Position numbers and translations under genes: made by a program
Shown here: in pieces, positions 29,319 through 38,837 of the stretch
Layout: each line of letters starts with the position of its first letter
Position numbering within the stretch: position 1 is the first letter of the stretch
The notes under the pieces: model-generated
The model's input: only the letters and a program-made list of their open reading frames with translations
What the model was told of the DNA's origin: nothing
Database searches by the model: none
DNA from: a virus
Direction: 5' to 3' (one strand)
Virus record (IMG/VR): IMGVR_UViG_3300030106_006724
Span: 1-64,000 of that record
DNA length: 64,000 bases

Positions 29319-29676
29319 ATACGGAGCAAAATTAGTTAGAGTAGTCGATGGAGATACAGCTGATGTAATGATCGACTTAGGTTTTGATACTTGGGTTAAG
29401 GCTAGACTTAGATTTAAAGGAGTTGATACCTGGGAAAAAAGAACTAGAAATAAAGAAGAAAAAATAAAAGGTTTAGCTGCTACAGCTTTTACTGCAACTT
29501 ATTTAGAAAAGAATAAAGGTAATTTTACTATTCAATCATACGGTAAAGGTAAGTACGGTAGAGTTTTAGCAGAGATCTTTATAGATGGAGAAGAAAAATC
29601 TCTTAATCAGTTATTAATAGAAAATGGTCATGCGTATATTTACGAAGGCGGTAAAAAACAAGTATTTAATGGATAA
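29311..29676 (+). CDS. Thermonuclease (SNase) family nuclease
   Basis: VVDGDT, GVDT.E, KYGRVLA, LIENGHA. Confidence 0.88.
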   Translation: MYKYGAKLVRVVDGDTADVMIDLGFDTWVKARLRFKGVDTWEKRTRNKEEKIKGLAATAFTATYLEKNKGNFTIQSYGKGKYGRVLAEIFIDGEEKSLNQLLIENGHAYIYEGGKKQVFNG

Positions 29677-30568
29677 TCAAAGTAAAGTAAAAGAAATAGC
29701 AGGTAAACATTTAGGTAAAGTAGGTGGAGCCGGCTATAGCGATCAGTATAATAGAGACTTATTAGTAAAAGTTCCTAGAAAGTTAAATAGAGAAACTTAT
29801 AATCTTTCTGGAAATGAATTTGTAGGAGTTGATACATGGAATGCATATGAAGTATCTGCTATTACTACTAAGGGTCAACCTGTAGCGGGTATGTTAAAAA
29901 TAGTATGCCCTTCTAACTCTGAATTTCACGTAGAATCTAAGTCTATAAAGTTATATTTAAATTCTCTTAATATGACTAAGATAGGAGATACAGCTAAAGA
30001 CTGTATTAAAGGTATAGAAGCTACAGTTAAAAGAGATTTAGATGAATTATTAGAAACTAATACGACTGTATCTTTTTATGCTGATGATTCAGAAACTACT
30101 CCTCTATCCTTTAAAGATTATGAAGATGTAGCCGAAATTGCTAATTTAGATGAAATAGATTTTACCTCTTTTAAATCTGATGCTTCTCAGTTAGAAGCTC
30201 AAGATAATGATGAAGTAGAAGAATTAAGGTATAGATCTAACTTATTAAGATCGAACTGTAGAGTAACTAATCAACCTGATTGGGGTGATGTATTTATCTA
30301 TCTTAGAGGTAAAAAATTACCTACTGCAGCTTCATTAGCAAAGTATATAGTAAGCCATAGAACTGTAAGTCATTTCCATGAAGAGATATGTGAAATGGTA
30401 TTTGCTCATTTATGTGAAGCATTTCAACCAGACCAATTAATGGTTGCATGTTTATATACTAGAAGAGGAGGTTTAGATATTAATCCTATTAGAGCTACTC
30501 ATTCTAGTTTAATACCAGAATTTTTTACTAATCCTGATTTTACTATTCAAAAAACTTTAAGGCAGTAA
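29669..30568 (+). CDS. queF: NADPH-dependent preQ0 reductase, bimodular
   Basis: WNAYEVS, VESKSIKLYLNS, CRVTNQPD, FHEE, YTRRGG; start moved to ATG 29669. Confidence 0.92.
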   Translation: MDNQSKVKEIAGKHLGKVGGAGYSDQYNRDLLVKVPRKLNRETYNLSGNEFVGVDTWNAYEVSAITTKGQPVAGMLKIVCPSNSEFHVESKSIKLYLNSLNMTKIGDTAKDCIKGIEATVKRDLDELLETNTTVSFYADDSETTPLSFKDYEDVAEIANLDEIDFTSFKSDASQLEAQDNDEVEELRYRSNLLRSNCRVTNQPDWGDVFIYLRGKKLPTAASLAKYIVSHRTVSHFHEEICEMVFAHLCEAFQPDQLMVACLYTRRGGLDINPIRATHSSLIPEFFTNPDFTIQKTLRQ

Positions 30569-31173
30569 TGAATAAACTATGGTCCTTTGGTGATTCTTGG
30601 ACATATGGTCAAGGAGTTAATTCTAATGAAACCTTCACACAGCTTATAGCTGATTCCCTTAATTTAGAACCTTTAAATTTAGGTATACCAGGAGCTGCTA
30701 ATAGTTACATATATAATAAACTTATTCATTACCGTATTAATTTTAAACCTGGTGATTTAGTTTTAATAAACTGGAGTAGTCCTCATAGAGATGAATATAC
30801 AGATAGATATGATTATAAACGTTCTGATAATAAATTAAACTTTAATATAAAATTCTATCCTGAATATTTAAATAATACATATAATAAATTAAAAGAGTTT
30901 AATTTTATTATGACTCAAGCTTTTAATCCTATTTTTGGTTATGACTATAGTTTAAATACTAACTATCACGGTAAAAATTTTATAGAGTGGGGCAAACCTA
31001 ATAATACTTTAGTTGATATTATAAGTGATAATTGGTGTAAAGAAAATAGAAATAATTTATTTATGTCAAATTTTCCTGTTAAAAAAGATTTTTCGATGTT
31101 TGTTAAAGACGATAATCATCCATCACCTAAAGGGCATAAATTAATAGCAGATAAACTTTTAGAATATTTATAA
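30568..31173 (+). CDS. SGNH/GDSL-like protein
   Basis: FGDSWTYG, NLGIPGAAN, DDNHPS..GH. Confidence 0.65.
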   Translation: MNKLWSFGDSWTYGQGVNSNETFTQLIADSLNLEPLNLGIPGAANSYIYNKLIHYRINFKPGDLVLINWSSPHRDEYTDRYDYKRSDNKLNFNIKFYPEYLNNTYNKLKEFNFIMTQAFNPIFGYDYSLNTNYHGKNFIEWGKPNNTLVDIISDNWCKENRNNLFMSNFPVKKDFSMFVKDDNHPSPKGHKLIADKLLEYL

Positions 31174-31175
31174 TT

Positions 31176-31433
31176 ATGACAAAAGAAACAGTAGAATCTA
31201 TAAAACTAATCGCAGAAAGAGTCCCCCCTGGAGATAACTGGGAATTAGTAATTGATAAAGAGAACGTAATAGAAGGTTTAGTTCAGACTCTTACTCAATA
31301 TATGCGTAAAACTAAATTTAAAGGTAACTATAGATTAGAGCCTTTACAAGGTAAATTATTCGCTATAGAAGAAGAGCAAGTAAATATTGTTGAACCTGAA
31401 CCTGAAAAGTTTGACCTTTACGGAGAATTTTAG
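31176..31433 (+). CDS. Hypothetical protein
   Basis: 85 aa ORF. Confidence 0.6.
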   Translation: MTKETVESIKLIAERVPPGDNWELVIDKENVIEGLVQTLTQYMRKTKFKGNYRLEPLQGKLFAIEEEQVNIVEPEPEKFDLYGEF

Positions 31434-31439
31434 AAAATT

Positions 31440-31472
31440 AGTTGGAATTCTGAGATATTCTTCTTATATTAG
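31440..31472 (+). promoter_or_regulatory. Promoter motif class A
   Basis: TTGGAA 31442-31447, 17 nt, TATATT 31465-31470. Confidence 0.8.
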
Positions 31473-31489
31473 GTTAATAAAACGGTTAT

Positions 31490-31921
31490 ATGGATAAAGT
31501 TTATCATTGGTTAGAAGAAGGTTTTATTCAAGCTGGTACTTTCTTTATTTCCGATAAATATACTCAAGGTGTTGATGTAGAATTTATAGTAGATAGAAAA
31601 GATTGGTATATACCTGGAGTATATATTTTTGCTGATAAACAAGGTAGTGTACTTAAAATAGGTGAAAGTGGTAAGCTTGCCGATAGAATGTTTAATCAAT
31701 ATAAGTGTATTGATAACGTTACTAATAATCGAATTAGAGAAAGCTTAAAAGCTGATTATAAAAAAGTTAATTTTTTCTTTTTTCCGGTTCCTCAAGCAAC
31801 TGAAACTATAATGAATAGAGAGATTACAGGAGCTTTTCATAAGCAGTTAGAAGAACAATTATTAAAAGAATACTTTAAAAATACTGGTAAACTTCCTACT
31901 TGGAACGAAATGAGAAAATAA
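31490..31921 (+). CDS. GIY-YIG-like nuclease
   Basis: PGVYIF...LKIGES...DR...E...P.WN. Confidence 0.6.
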   Translation: MDKVYHWLEEGFIQAGTFFISDKYTQGVDVEFIVDRKDWYIPGVYIFADKQGSVLKIGESGKLADRMFNQYKCIDNVTNNRIRESLKADYKKVNFFFFPVPQATETIMNREITGAFHKQLEEQLLKEYFKNTGKLPTWNEMRK

Positions 31922-31924
31922 TAT

Positions 31925-34252
31925 ATGCAATTAGAGAAAAAATACTATACCGTTCAAGATAATGAAACTCTTGAACTCTTATATAAACATATTGAATCGT
32001 CTGATATACTAGCTGTCGATACTGAAACTTCTGGTCTTAATCCTCGTAAAGATAAAATAGTTGGTTGGTCAGTATCTGGCGACGAAGGTGTAGGGTTTTA
32101 CCTACCTACCTTAGTTTGGAACTTTGATAAAGATGAATTAGAACTTCAAACTATTAACGGTAAATCTACTGAAACTATATCTAAAAACTTTATGAGAATG
32201 CTAAAAGGTAAAAAATTAGTATTTCATAATGCTTCGTTTGACTGTCAGTTTATTAAAAATTATTTTGGAGTAGATCTTATTGAAGATATATGGGTTGATA
32301 CTGGTCTATTAGTTCATACTGTATATGAAGAAGGTGCGTTTGGTTATGGTAATCCTTTTGGTTTGAAACCTATTGCTATAATGAATCAGAAAGAATTAGG
32401 TTTAGATGTAGAAAAAGCTGCTAACGAAGAGCAATTAGAACTTAAAGGCTCTATAAAGAAAAATGGCGGTCAGACTACTAAGTTACTATTTGAGATTTAT
32501 AAAGCTGATTTAGATATTCTATCTAAGTATGCTTCTGCCGATACCGATTTAACTTTACGTATATGTAACTTATATCTAAAGAAATTAAAAGAAGAAGGGC
32601 TAGAGAAGTTTTTCTTTGAAGAAGAAGTTATGCCGATATATAGAGAAGTAACTGTTCCTATGGAATCTGCAGGTGTTGATTTAGATGTAGAACTAATAGA
32701 AAAGACTCATAAAGAGATTAGCGAAGACTTAATTAAAAATAAAGAGATAGTAATGAAATCTTTATTAGCTATTTCTGAAGTTAAAGAATGGGTATTAGGT
32801 ACTGCATTAAGTAACTACCCTGTATCTCATAAAGGTAACTGGGCTCAGAATTTGGTTACTCGTTATTCTTTACCTTTACCTAAGTCTGAAAAAACTGGTA
32901 AGTATTCTCTTACTAGTAAAAATATAGAAGAGTTAGAGGAATCTAATGTTAAGCAGTTTTTACTTACTGGTGATACTGATCTTATAGAAGATGTAGAAAA
33001 AGCTCGTATATCGATGGCTATGTGGAAAGAATCTAATGATGGAGAGTATATTAATATTCAATCTAAGAAGCATTTAGGTGAAATAGTATTTAAGTATATG
33101 GGTATTAAACCTAAAGTAGCTGGTGCTAATACTAAATCTGGTAGAGCTAAGTTTGATATGGATATGGTAGAAGAACTAGCGAAAGAATATCCTTGGGCTG
33201 AAAACTTAAGAATATATAATAAACTACTTAAGATTAAATCTACTTATGTAGATAGGTTTAGAGATAGAAATGAAGATGGTAAATATTATTTTTACTTTAA
33301 GCAGAATGGTACTGTATCTGGTCGATATGGATCTGATGCTCAACAGTTACCTAAACCTTTAGAAGAAGGTGAAGATGCTCCTATTATTATGAAGTATGTT
33401 AATATAGTAAGGGCTTTCTTAGTAGCCGGTAAAGGTAGAAAAGTTATTGATGCTGATTACGAATCATTAGAACCTCATTGCTTTGCCTCAGTATCTGGTG
33501 ATAAAAAACTTCAAGAAATATTCGATAATGGTTGGGACTTTTATTCTTATGTCGCTATTCAAACTGAAAAGCTTGATGGAGTATCTGCTGATAAAAAAGC
33601 TGATAACTACCTTAAAAAATTAGATCCTGTTAAAAGAAATAAAGCTAAAGCTTATTCTTTAGGAGTTGCATATGGAATGGAAGCTTATGCTCTTAAAATG
33701 ACTTTAGGAGTAGATCAAAAGACTGCTGAAGGATTAATAAAGGGTTACTTAGATGGTTTTCCTGGTTTAAGAGATTGGAGAGAAAACTCTCGTAGGCAAG
33801 TAAAAGATCATGGTTTTATTAAAAATTATGTTGGTCGTATAAGGCACGTACCTAAGGTAAAAAAGATTTATGAAAAGTTTGGTGAAAAGATGATGGATTG
33901 GAGGTTTAGAAAAGACTTAGAGAATCAAGGATATAATAGAGATGATATAGTTAAGGTTTATAGAGATTACCGTAATGGATTAAACTTCTGCCTTAACTTT
34001 CAATTACAATCTTTAGCTGCAGCGGTAGTAAATAGAGCTGCTGTAGTTATTAATAGGACTGCTAGAGAAAAAGGCTTCGATGCTTTCGTTCAAGCACAAG
34101 TACATGACCAGTTAATTATAAACGTGAAAGACGATCAAGCTGAAGCCTTTGCTCCTTTAGTTCAAGAGATTATGGAAAATACTACTAAGTTACCTGGAGT
34201 AACTTTAAAAGCTCCTCCTGAAATAGCTAATAACTGGAGAGACGGACATTAA
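31925..34252 (+). CDS. polA: Family A DNA polymerase with 3'-5' exonuclease
   Basis: DTETSGL, HNASFD, YASAD; DADYESLE, KAKAYSLGVAYG, QVHDQ. Confidence 0.93.
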   Translation: MQLEKKYYTVQDNETLELLYKHIESSDILAVDTETSGLNPRKDKIVGWSVSGDEGVGFYLPTLVWNFDKDELELQTINGKSTETISKNFMRMLKGKKLVFHNASFDCQFIKNYFGVDLIEDIWVDTGLLVHTVYEEGAFGYGNPFGLKPIAIMNQKELGLDVEKAANEEQLELKGSIKKNGGQTTKLLFEIYKADLDILSKYASADTDLTLRICNLYLKKLKEEGLEKFFFEEEVMPIYREVTVPMESAGVDLDVELIEKTHKEISEDLIKNKEIVMKSLLAISEVKEWVLGTALSNYPVSHKGNWAQNLVTRYSLPLPKSEKTGKYSLTSKNIEELEESNVKQFLLTGDTDLIEDVEKARISMAMWKESNDGEYINIQSKKHLGEIVFKYMGIKPKVAGANTKSGRAKFDMDMVEELAKEYPWAENLRIYNKLLKIKSTYVDRFRDRNEDGKYYFYFKQNGTVSGRYGSDAQQLPKPLEEGEDAPIIMKYVNIVRAFLVAGKGRKVIDADYESLEPHCFASVSGDKKLQEIFDNGWDFYSYVAIQTEKLDGVSADKKADNYLKKLDPVKRNKAKAYSLGVAYGMEAYALKMTLGVDQKTAEGLIKGYLDGFPGLRDWRENSRRQVKDHGFIKNYVGRIRHVPKVKKIYEKFGEKMMDWRFRKDLENQGYNRDDIVKVYRDYRNGLNFCLNFQLQSLAAAVVNRAAVVINRTAREKGFDAFVQAQVHDQLIINVKDDQAEAFAPLVQEIMENTTKLPGVTLKAPPEIANNWRDGH

Positions 34253-34262
34253 AATTAATTAT

Positions 34263-35213
34263 ATGATTAGAACAGCAGAATGTATAACACCTAAGCATCC
34301 AGATAAAATCTGTGATAGAATATCAGATGCTATTTTAGATGCATGTTTAAAGCAGGATCCTAATACAAGAGCTGCTATAGAAACTATGGGAGGTCACGGA
34401 ATTATAACCGTAACCGGCGAACTAACTACAACAGCCTTTGTTGATATTCCGGAAGTAGTAAAATCAGTATACGGTAAAGATATAGGAGTACAAACCAATA
34501 TAGTAATGCAATCACCAGAAATAGCTCAAGGAGTAGATACTGGCGGAGCAGGTGATCAAGGTATTATGATAGGATATGCTTGTACTGAAAATGATGAAAT
34601 GGTACCTCTAGAGTATTATTTTGCAAGAAAGTTATGTGAATCTATCTATATAAATCATCCTTATGATGGAAAAACTCAAGTTACTATATTAGAAGATGAT
34701 TCATTAAATGTAGTAGCATCGTTTCAAAATACTTCTACTGAAGACTTAATACATCATATAAAAGATTTCTTTGCAGAAACAAATTATACCATCAATTCTC
34801 TACATTGCAACCCAGCTGGAGAATGGAATTTAGGAGGCTTTGATGCTGATACAGGATTAACAGGAAGAAAATTAGCTGTAGATAACTATGGTCCTAGAAT
34901 ACCTTTAGGTGGAGGAGCTTTTAGCGGTAAGGATAGTTCTAAAGTAGATAGATCAGCAGCATATATGGCTAGAAGAATAGCTACAGACTATATAGGAAAA
35001 TATAAAGCTAGTGAAGTTTATGTAACTCTAGCTTATGCTATAGGACATGATAAACCTTTACAAGCTACAGCTTTAGTAGATGGAAAAGAAATTTATATAA
35101 ACGACTATGATTTATCTCCAAAAGGAATAGTAGAGTTTTTAGGTTTAAAACAACCTATTTTCTACGAAACTTCTAAATGGGGGCATATGGGAAAAAACTT
35201 TTCATGGAATTAG
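34263..35213 (+). CDS. metK: S-adenosylmethionine synthetase
   Basis: HPDKICD, GAGDQG, GLTGRK, GGGAFSGKD.SKVDRS. Confidence 0.95.
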   Translation: MIRTAECITPKHPDKICDRISDAILDACLKQDPNTRAAIETMGGHGIITVTGELTTTAFVDIPEVVKSVYGKDIGVQTNIVMQSPEIAQGVDTGGAGDQGIMIGYACTENDEMVPLEYYFARKLCESIYINHPYDGKTQVTILEDDSLNVVASFQNTSTEDLIHHIKDFFAETNYTINSLHCNPAGEWNLGGFDADTGLTGRKLAVDNYGPRIPLGGGAFSGKDSSKVDRSAAYMARRIATDYIGKYKASEVYVTLAYAIGHDKPLQATALVDGKEIYINDYDLSPKGIVEFLGLKQPIFYETSKWGHMGKNFSWN

Positions 35214-35245
35214 TTGCCTATTAAATGAAAATAGTATATATTTAT
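35212..35245 (+). promoter_or_regulatory. Promoter motif class A (overlapping TATTTAT)
   Basis: TTGCCT 35214-35219, 17 nt, TATATT 35237-35242. Confidence 0.75.
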
Positions 35246-35254
35246 TATATATTG

Positions 35255-35761
35255 AAAGATCGACTCGAGAGCGATTTATTTTTAATATGTTAAACCGCGA
35301 GCTTAGGCCGCACAAATTTAAATGATATGAGTACATTATTTTATAGACCATCCCCTTTCGACATTTTAGTTCGAAATTTTTTTCAAGACGCAAGCCAATT
35401 TTCACCGCTTGCTGAAACCAAATTACAACATCCTGTAGATATCTATCAGACTGATAAAAGTCTTAATATTGATATAGCTTGTACAGGGATCTCTAAAGAA
35501 GAGATCGAGATTCAAATTCAAGATAATATCTTAAAAATCAATTACGATAAAGGTAAAGATGATAAATTAGAGTATATACATAAAGGTATAGCTAAAAGAT
35601 CGTTTAACTTAGGTTGGAAGATTGATAGTAAGTTTAATCTTGGAAAAGCAAACGCTAAGTTTGAAAATGGGTTGTTAGCCATTAGTATCCCTTATGCTAA
35701 AGGGTCAGAGTTAAAAACTTTGAAAATTAGCTAAATTTTTTTGTTCTCGAGTTGGATCTTT
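35255..35761 (+). repeat. Imperfect inverted repeat (arms 35255-35274 and 35741-35761) enclosing hsp20
   Basis: AAAGATC-GACTCGAGAGCGA pairs with TTGTTCTCGAGTT-G-GATCTTT: 20 pairs, three G.U, one bulge. Confidence 0.75.
35327..35734 (+). CDS. Small heat shock protein (Hsp20/alpha-crystallin)
   Basis: PVDIY, HKGIAKRSF, AKFENGLL.I.IP. Confidence 0.92.
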   Translation: MSTLFYRPSPFDILVRNFFQDASQFSPLAETKLQHPVDIYQTDKSLNIDIACTGISKEEIEIQIQDNILKINYDKGKDDKLEYIHKGIAKRSFNLGWKIDSKFNLGKANAKFENGLLAISIPYAKGSELKTLKIS

Positions 35762-35783
35762 TATAAAAATTTATTATATTATA
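35750..35783 (+). promoter_or_regulatory. Promoter motif class A for groES-groEL
   Basis: TTGGAT 35752-35757, 17 nt, TATATT 35775-35780. Confidence 0.8.
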
Positions 35784-35798
35784 TTAAAAGAAAGTTAT

Positions 35799-36110
35799 AT
35801 GCCAAAGTTATTAAACCCCGCAAATGATAGAGTACTTATCAAGCCTATAGATGAAGGTGAACAGACTTACGGGTCTATAGTTATTCCTGATATGGGTAAA
35901 GAAAAACCTGAAATGGGAGAAGTACTAGCCGTAGGACCTGGTAGATTATCAGAATATGGCAAAATGATACCGATAAGATCTTGTAAAGTAGGAGATATAG
36001 TTTTAGTTCCTAAAATAGGTTCTCTAAGAATAGATTTCGATGGAGAAGAATATTATATTACAAGAGATAGTGAAATATTAGCAGTAGTAAAAGAATCAAA
36101 TAATGAGTAA
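35799..36110 (+). CDS. groES: Co-chaperonin GroES
   Basis: P..DRVLI, GSIVIPD..KEKP, AVGPG, KVGD. Confidence 0.95.
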   Translation: MPKLLNPANDRVLIKPIDEGEQTYGSIVIPDMGKEKPEMGEVLAVGPGRLSEYGKMIPIRSCKVGDIVLVPKIGSLRIDFDGEEYYITRDSEILAVVKESNNE

Positions 36111-37746
36111 AAAAATTACATTTTCAAAAGACGCTAGGAATAAATTACTAAGCGGAGTTAATCAATTAGCAAATGCTGTAACAGCAACGTTAGGCCCTTC
36201 CGGAAGAAACGTTATTATAGAAAAAGATATGGGTAATCCAGTATCTACTAAAGATGGAGTTACGGTAGCTAAATCGATAGAGTTAAAAGATAAAGTAGAA
36301 AATTTAGGAGCACAAATAGTAAAACAAGCAGCTATTAAAACTGCTGACTATGCTGGTGATGGTACTACTACGTCTACTTTATTAGCTCAAGAAATTTTAA
36401 AAGAAGGTATAACTAGAATGGAAGCTGGTAGTAATGCAGTAGATATCAAAAAAGGTATAGATAACGCTACTGAAAAAGTTACTGATTTCTTATCTAGCAT
36501 ATCTAAAGATATTACAGATGAAGTACAATTAGAACAAATTGCTACTATATCTGCAAATAATGATAAAGAAGTTGGAAAGTTAATATCAACAGCCATGGAC
36601 AAGGTAGGGAGAGATGGAGTAGTTACGATTGAAGAGTCGAAGACAGGAGAGACGTATCTGGAAACAGTAGAAGGAATGCAATTCGACAGAGGTTATAAAT
36701 CTCCATATTTTGTTACGGACAATAATTCTATGACATCAGTACTGAAGGATCCTTTTATTCTTATTGTCGATAAGAGGTTAAATCAGGTCAAAGAGTTACT
36801 TCCTATCTTGGAGGCTGTTTCTCAACAGAATAAATCGTTATTAATTATAGCAGAAGATATAGACGGAGAGGCTTTATCTACTATGGTAGTTAATAAAATG
36901 AGAGGAATATTAGCCTGTGCTGCTGTTAAAGCTCCTGATTTTGGAGATAGAAGAAAGGCTATCATGGAAGATATAGCTGAATTAACCGGAGGTCAAGTAG
37001 TATCATCCGAAAAAGGTATGAGATTAGAAAAGTTTGATACTGGATGGTTAGGTAAGGCTAATAAAGCTACTATATCTAAAGAGTCTACTACTATTATAGA
37101 TGCTCAAGGATCTGAAGAATCTATTAATCAAAGAATAGCTTATCTAAAAGATCTTATTGAAGAATCAAATTCTCCTTTCGAAAAAGAAAATTTACAAAAT
37201 AGATTAGCTAAATTTATAGGAGGAGTTGCTGTAGTTAATGTAGGCGGTCATACTGAGATAGAAATGAAGGAAAAGAAAGATAGAGTTGAAGATGCTTTAC
37301 ATGCTACTAAAGCTGCATTAGAAGAAGGAGTTTTACCTGGAGGAGGAGTAGCATTATTAAATGCTGCAAATAATTTAGTTCAAAGCTTAGATGGAGTAGA
37401 TAATCGTGATGAAAGAACTGGTTACGATATAGTTATTAATGCTATAGAACAACCTTTCTTTAAAATACTAACTAATGCAGGATTATCAGATACTTATATT
37501 ACTAATATTGAAACTAATATTAAACAAACAGGAGACGTATGGGAAGGATTTAATCCTAGAGTAGATAAATCTGTTAATATGTTTAACGAAGGAATTATCG
37601 ATCCTACTAAAGTAACGAGATTAGCATTAGAAAATGCTTCCTCTGTTGCCGGTACTTTACTTATAACTGAAGCAGTAGTATCAAAAGGAAAAGAAAAAGA
37701 AAATAAACCAGTCGGAGGCGTAGATCCAAATATGCTTTTAGGCTAA
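36103..37746 (+). CDS. groEL: Chaperonin GroEL
   Basis: TLGPSGRN, TKDGVTVA, GDGTTT, GMQFDRGY, GIIDP. Confidence 0.97.
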   Translation: MSKKITFSKDARNKLLSGVNQLANAVTATLGPSGRNVIIEKDMGNPVSTKDGVTVAKSIELKDKVENLGAQIVKQAAIKTADYAGDGTTTSTLLAQEILKEGITRMEAGSNAVDIKKGIDNATEKVTDFLSSISKDITDEVQLEQIATISANNDKEVGKLISTAMDKVGRDGVVTIEESKTGETYLETVEGMQFDRGYKSPYFVTDNNSMTSVLKDPFILIVDKRLNQVKELLPILEAVSQQNKSLLIIAEDIDGEALSTMVVNKMRGILACAAVKAPDFGDRRKAIMEDIAELTGGQVVSSEKGMRLEKFDTGWLGKANKATISKESTTIIDAQGSEESINQRIAYLKDLIEESNSPFEKENLQNRLAKFIGGVAVVNVGGHTEIEMKEKKDRVEDALHATKAALEEGVLPGGGVALLNAANNLVQSLDGVDNRDERTGYDIVINAIEQPFFKILTNAGLSDTYITNIETNIKQTGDVWEGFNPRVDKSVNMFNEGIIDPTKVTRLALENASSVAGTLLITEAVVSKGKEKENKPVGGVDPNMLLG

Positions 37747-37764
37747 ACAATTAAATTTTAAATT

Positions 37765-37932
37765 ATGAATAAGCAAGAATTATTTGAACAAATCGTTTCA
37801 CATTTTGAAGAATTTGAAGCACATCATAGTGGTACTACAAAAGTATCACAAAGAAGAGCAAGAGCTGCAATTGGTTCTATTAAGAAGTTAATTACTCCTT
37901 ATAAGAAAGCAAGTGTAGCGGAGTCGAAGTAG
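37765..37932 (+). CDS. Histone H1-like (Hc1-type) small basic protein, not in ORF track
   Basis: MNKQELFEQI...GTTKVSQRRARAAIGSIKKLITPYKKASVAESK resembles Bacteroidota Hc1-like proteins. Confidence 0.65.
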   Translation: MNKQELFEQIVSHFEEFEAHHSGTTKVSQRRARAAIGSIKKLITPYKKASVAESK

Positions 37933-37970
37933 GGGGCGTTTTTCTCTCTTTGCCACGCGCGAATTTGAAG

Positions 37971-37997
37971 AACCTTCCGGAGACGGAGGGTTTTTTT
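37971..37997 (+). terminator. Intrinsic terminator
   Basis: AACCTTCCG-GAGA-CGGAGGGTT followed by a T run. Confidence 0.85.
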
Positions 37998-38021
37998 GTA
38001 TATTTATAGTAAACGTTTTAT

Positions 38022-38837
38022 ATGAAAGGAGACTACTACTCTCAATTTAAAAGGGTTTTTATGCGTAAACATGCAAATAGTATAGTGAATTATACTACCC
38101 CGGATAACGAAGAGCTATTTAAAGAGAACCTTGCAAAATACCCCGATAATAAAGAGTTATTACATTATCGAGATAACCCTATAAAGTATGCGTTAAATGA
38201 TTATGGTTTTAGAACACCGGATAATTTTGATAATGCTGAAGAAGAGGGTAATGTATTTCTGGGTTGTAGTCATACTTTTGGTATAGGACATTATTTAGAA
38301 AATACTTGGTCTTGGAGACTTAACCAAAAGATTGGAGGTAAGTTTTGGAATCTATCTGCGCCGGGAACAGGAATAGGAACCGCTGCGCGTTTGTTGGGAG
38401 AATTTAAAAATAAATTAAAAATAAAAAATATATTTCTCTACACTCCTTTCTGTTATAGGTATGAGGTTTATGAAGCTAAAAAAGGGGTATGGATAAATAT
38501 ATCTCCTGCTAATGTCTTTCACCATTATATAGAAGTATCAGATGAAGTAAGATTCATCTTAGGACAAGAAGAAAATATGAGATTAAATTGGAGAACTAAT
38601 CTTGCTGCTATAAAATACTATGCTCATGAAGTAGGAGCTAAATTATTTAGTATTGAAAATATAGATTTTTATGTTAATAATAATGATAACTTTCCAGAAA
38701 TAGCTAGAGATATATTACATCCAGGAGTTAGTTATCAAGATTTAGTTTATGATAAATTTTTAGATGCATATAAAAATAATTTACCATTATGGGAAGAACC
38801 TGCTAGCAGTTTTAAACCGTTAAAGACTTTGATATAA
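38022..38837 (+). CDS. SGNH-like hypothetical protein
   Basis: NDYGFR, FLGCSHTFG, NLSAPG, ARDILHPG; ends KTLI. Confidence 0.6.
   Translation: MKGDYYSQFKRVFMRKHANSIVNYTTPDNEELFKENLAKYPDNKELLHYRDNPIKYALNDYGFRTPDNFDNAEEEGNVFLGCSHTFGIGHYLENTWSWRLNQKIGGKFWNLSAPGTGIGTAARLLGEFKNKLKIKNIFLYTPFCYRYEVYEAKKGVWINISPANVFHHYIEVSDEVRFILGQEENMRLNWRTNLAAIKYYAHEVGAKLFSIENIDFYVNNNDNFPEIARDILHPGVSYQDLVYDKFLDAYKNNLPLWEEPASSFKPLKTLI

Noticed and set aside
37933-37965. GC-rich stretch after the Hc1-like gene as tRNA or ncRNA
   Set aside because: Too short, no cloverleaf or T-loop, no convincing stem
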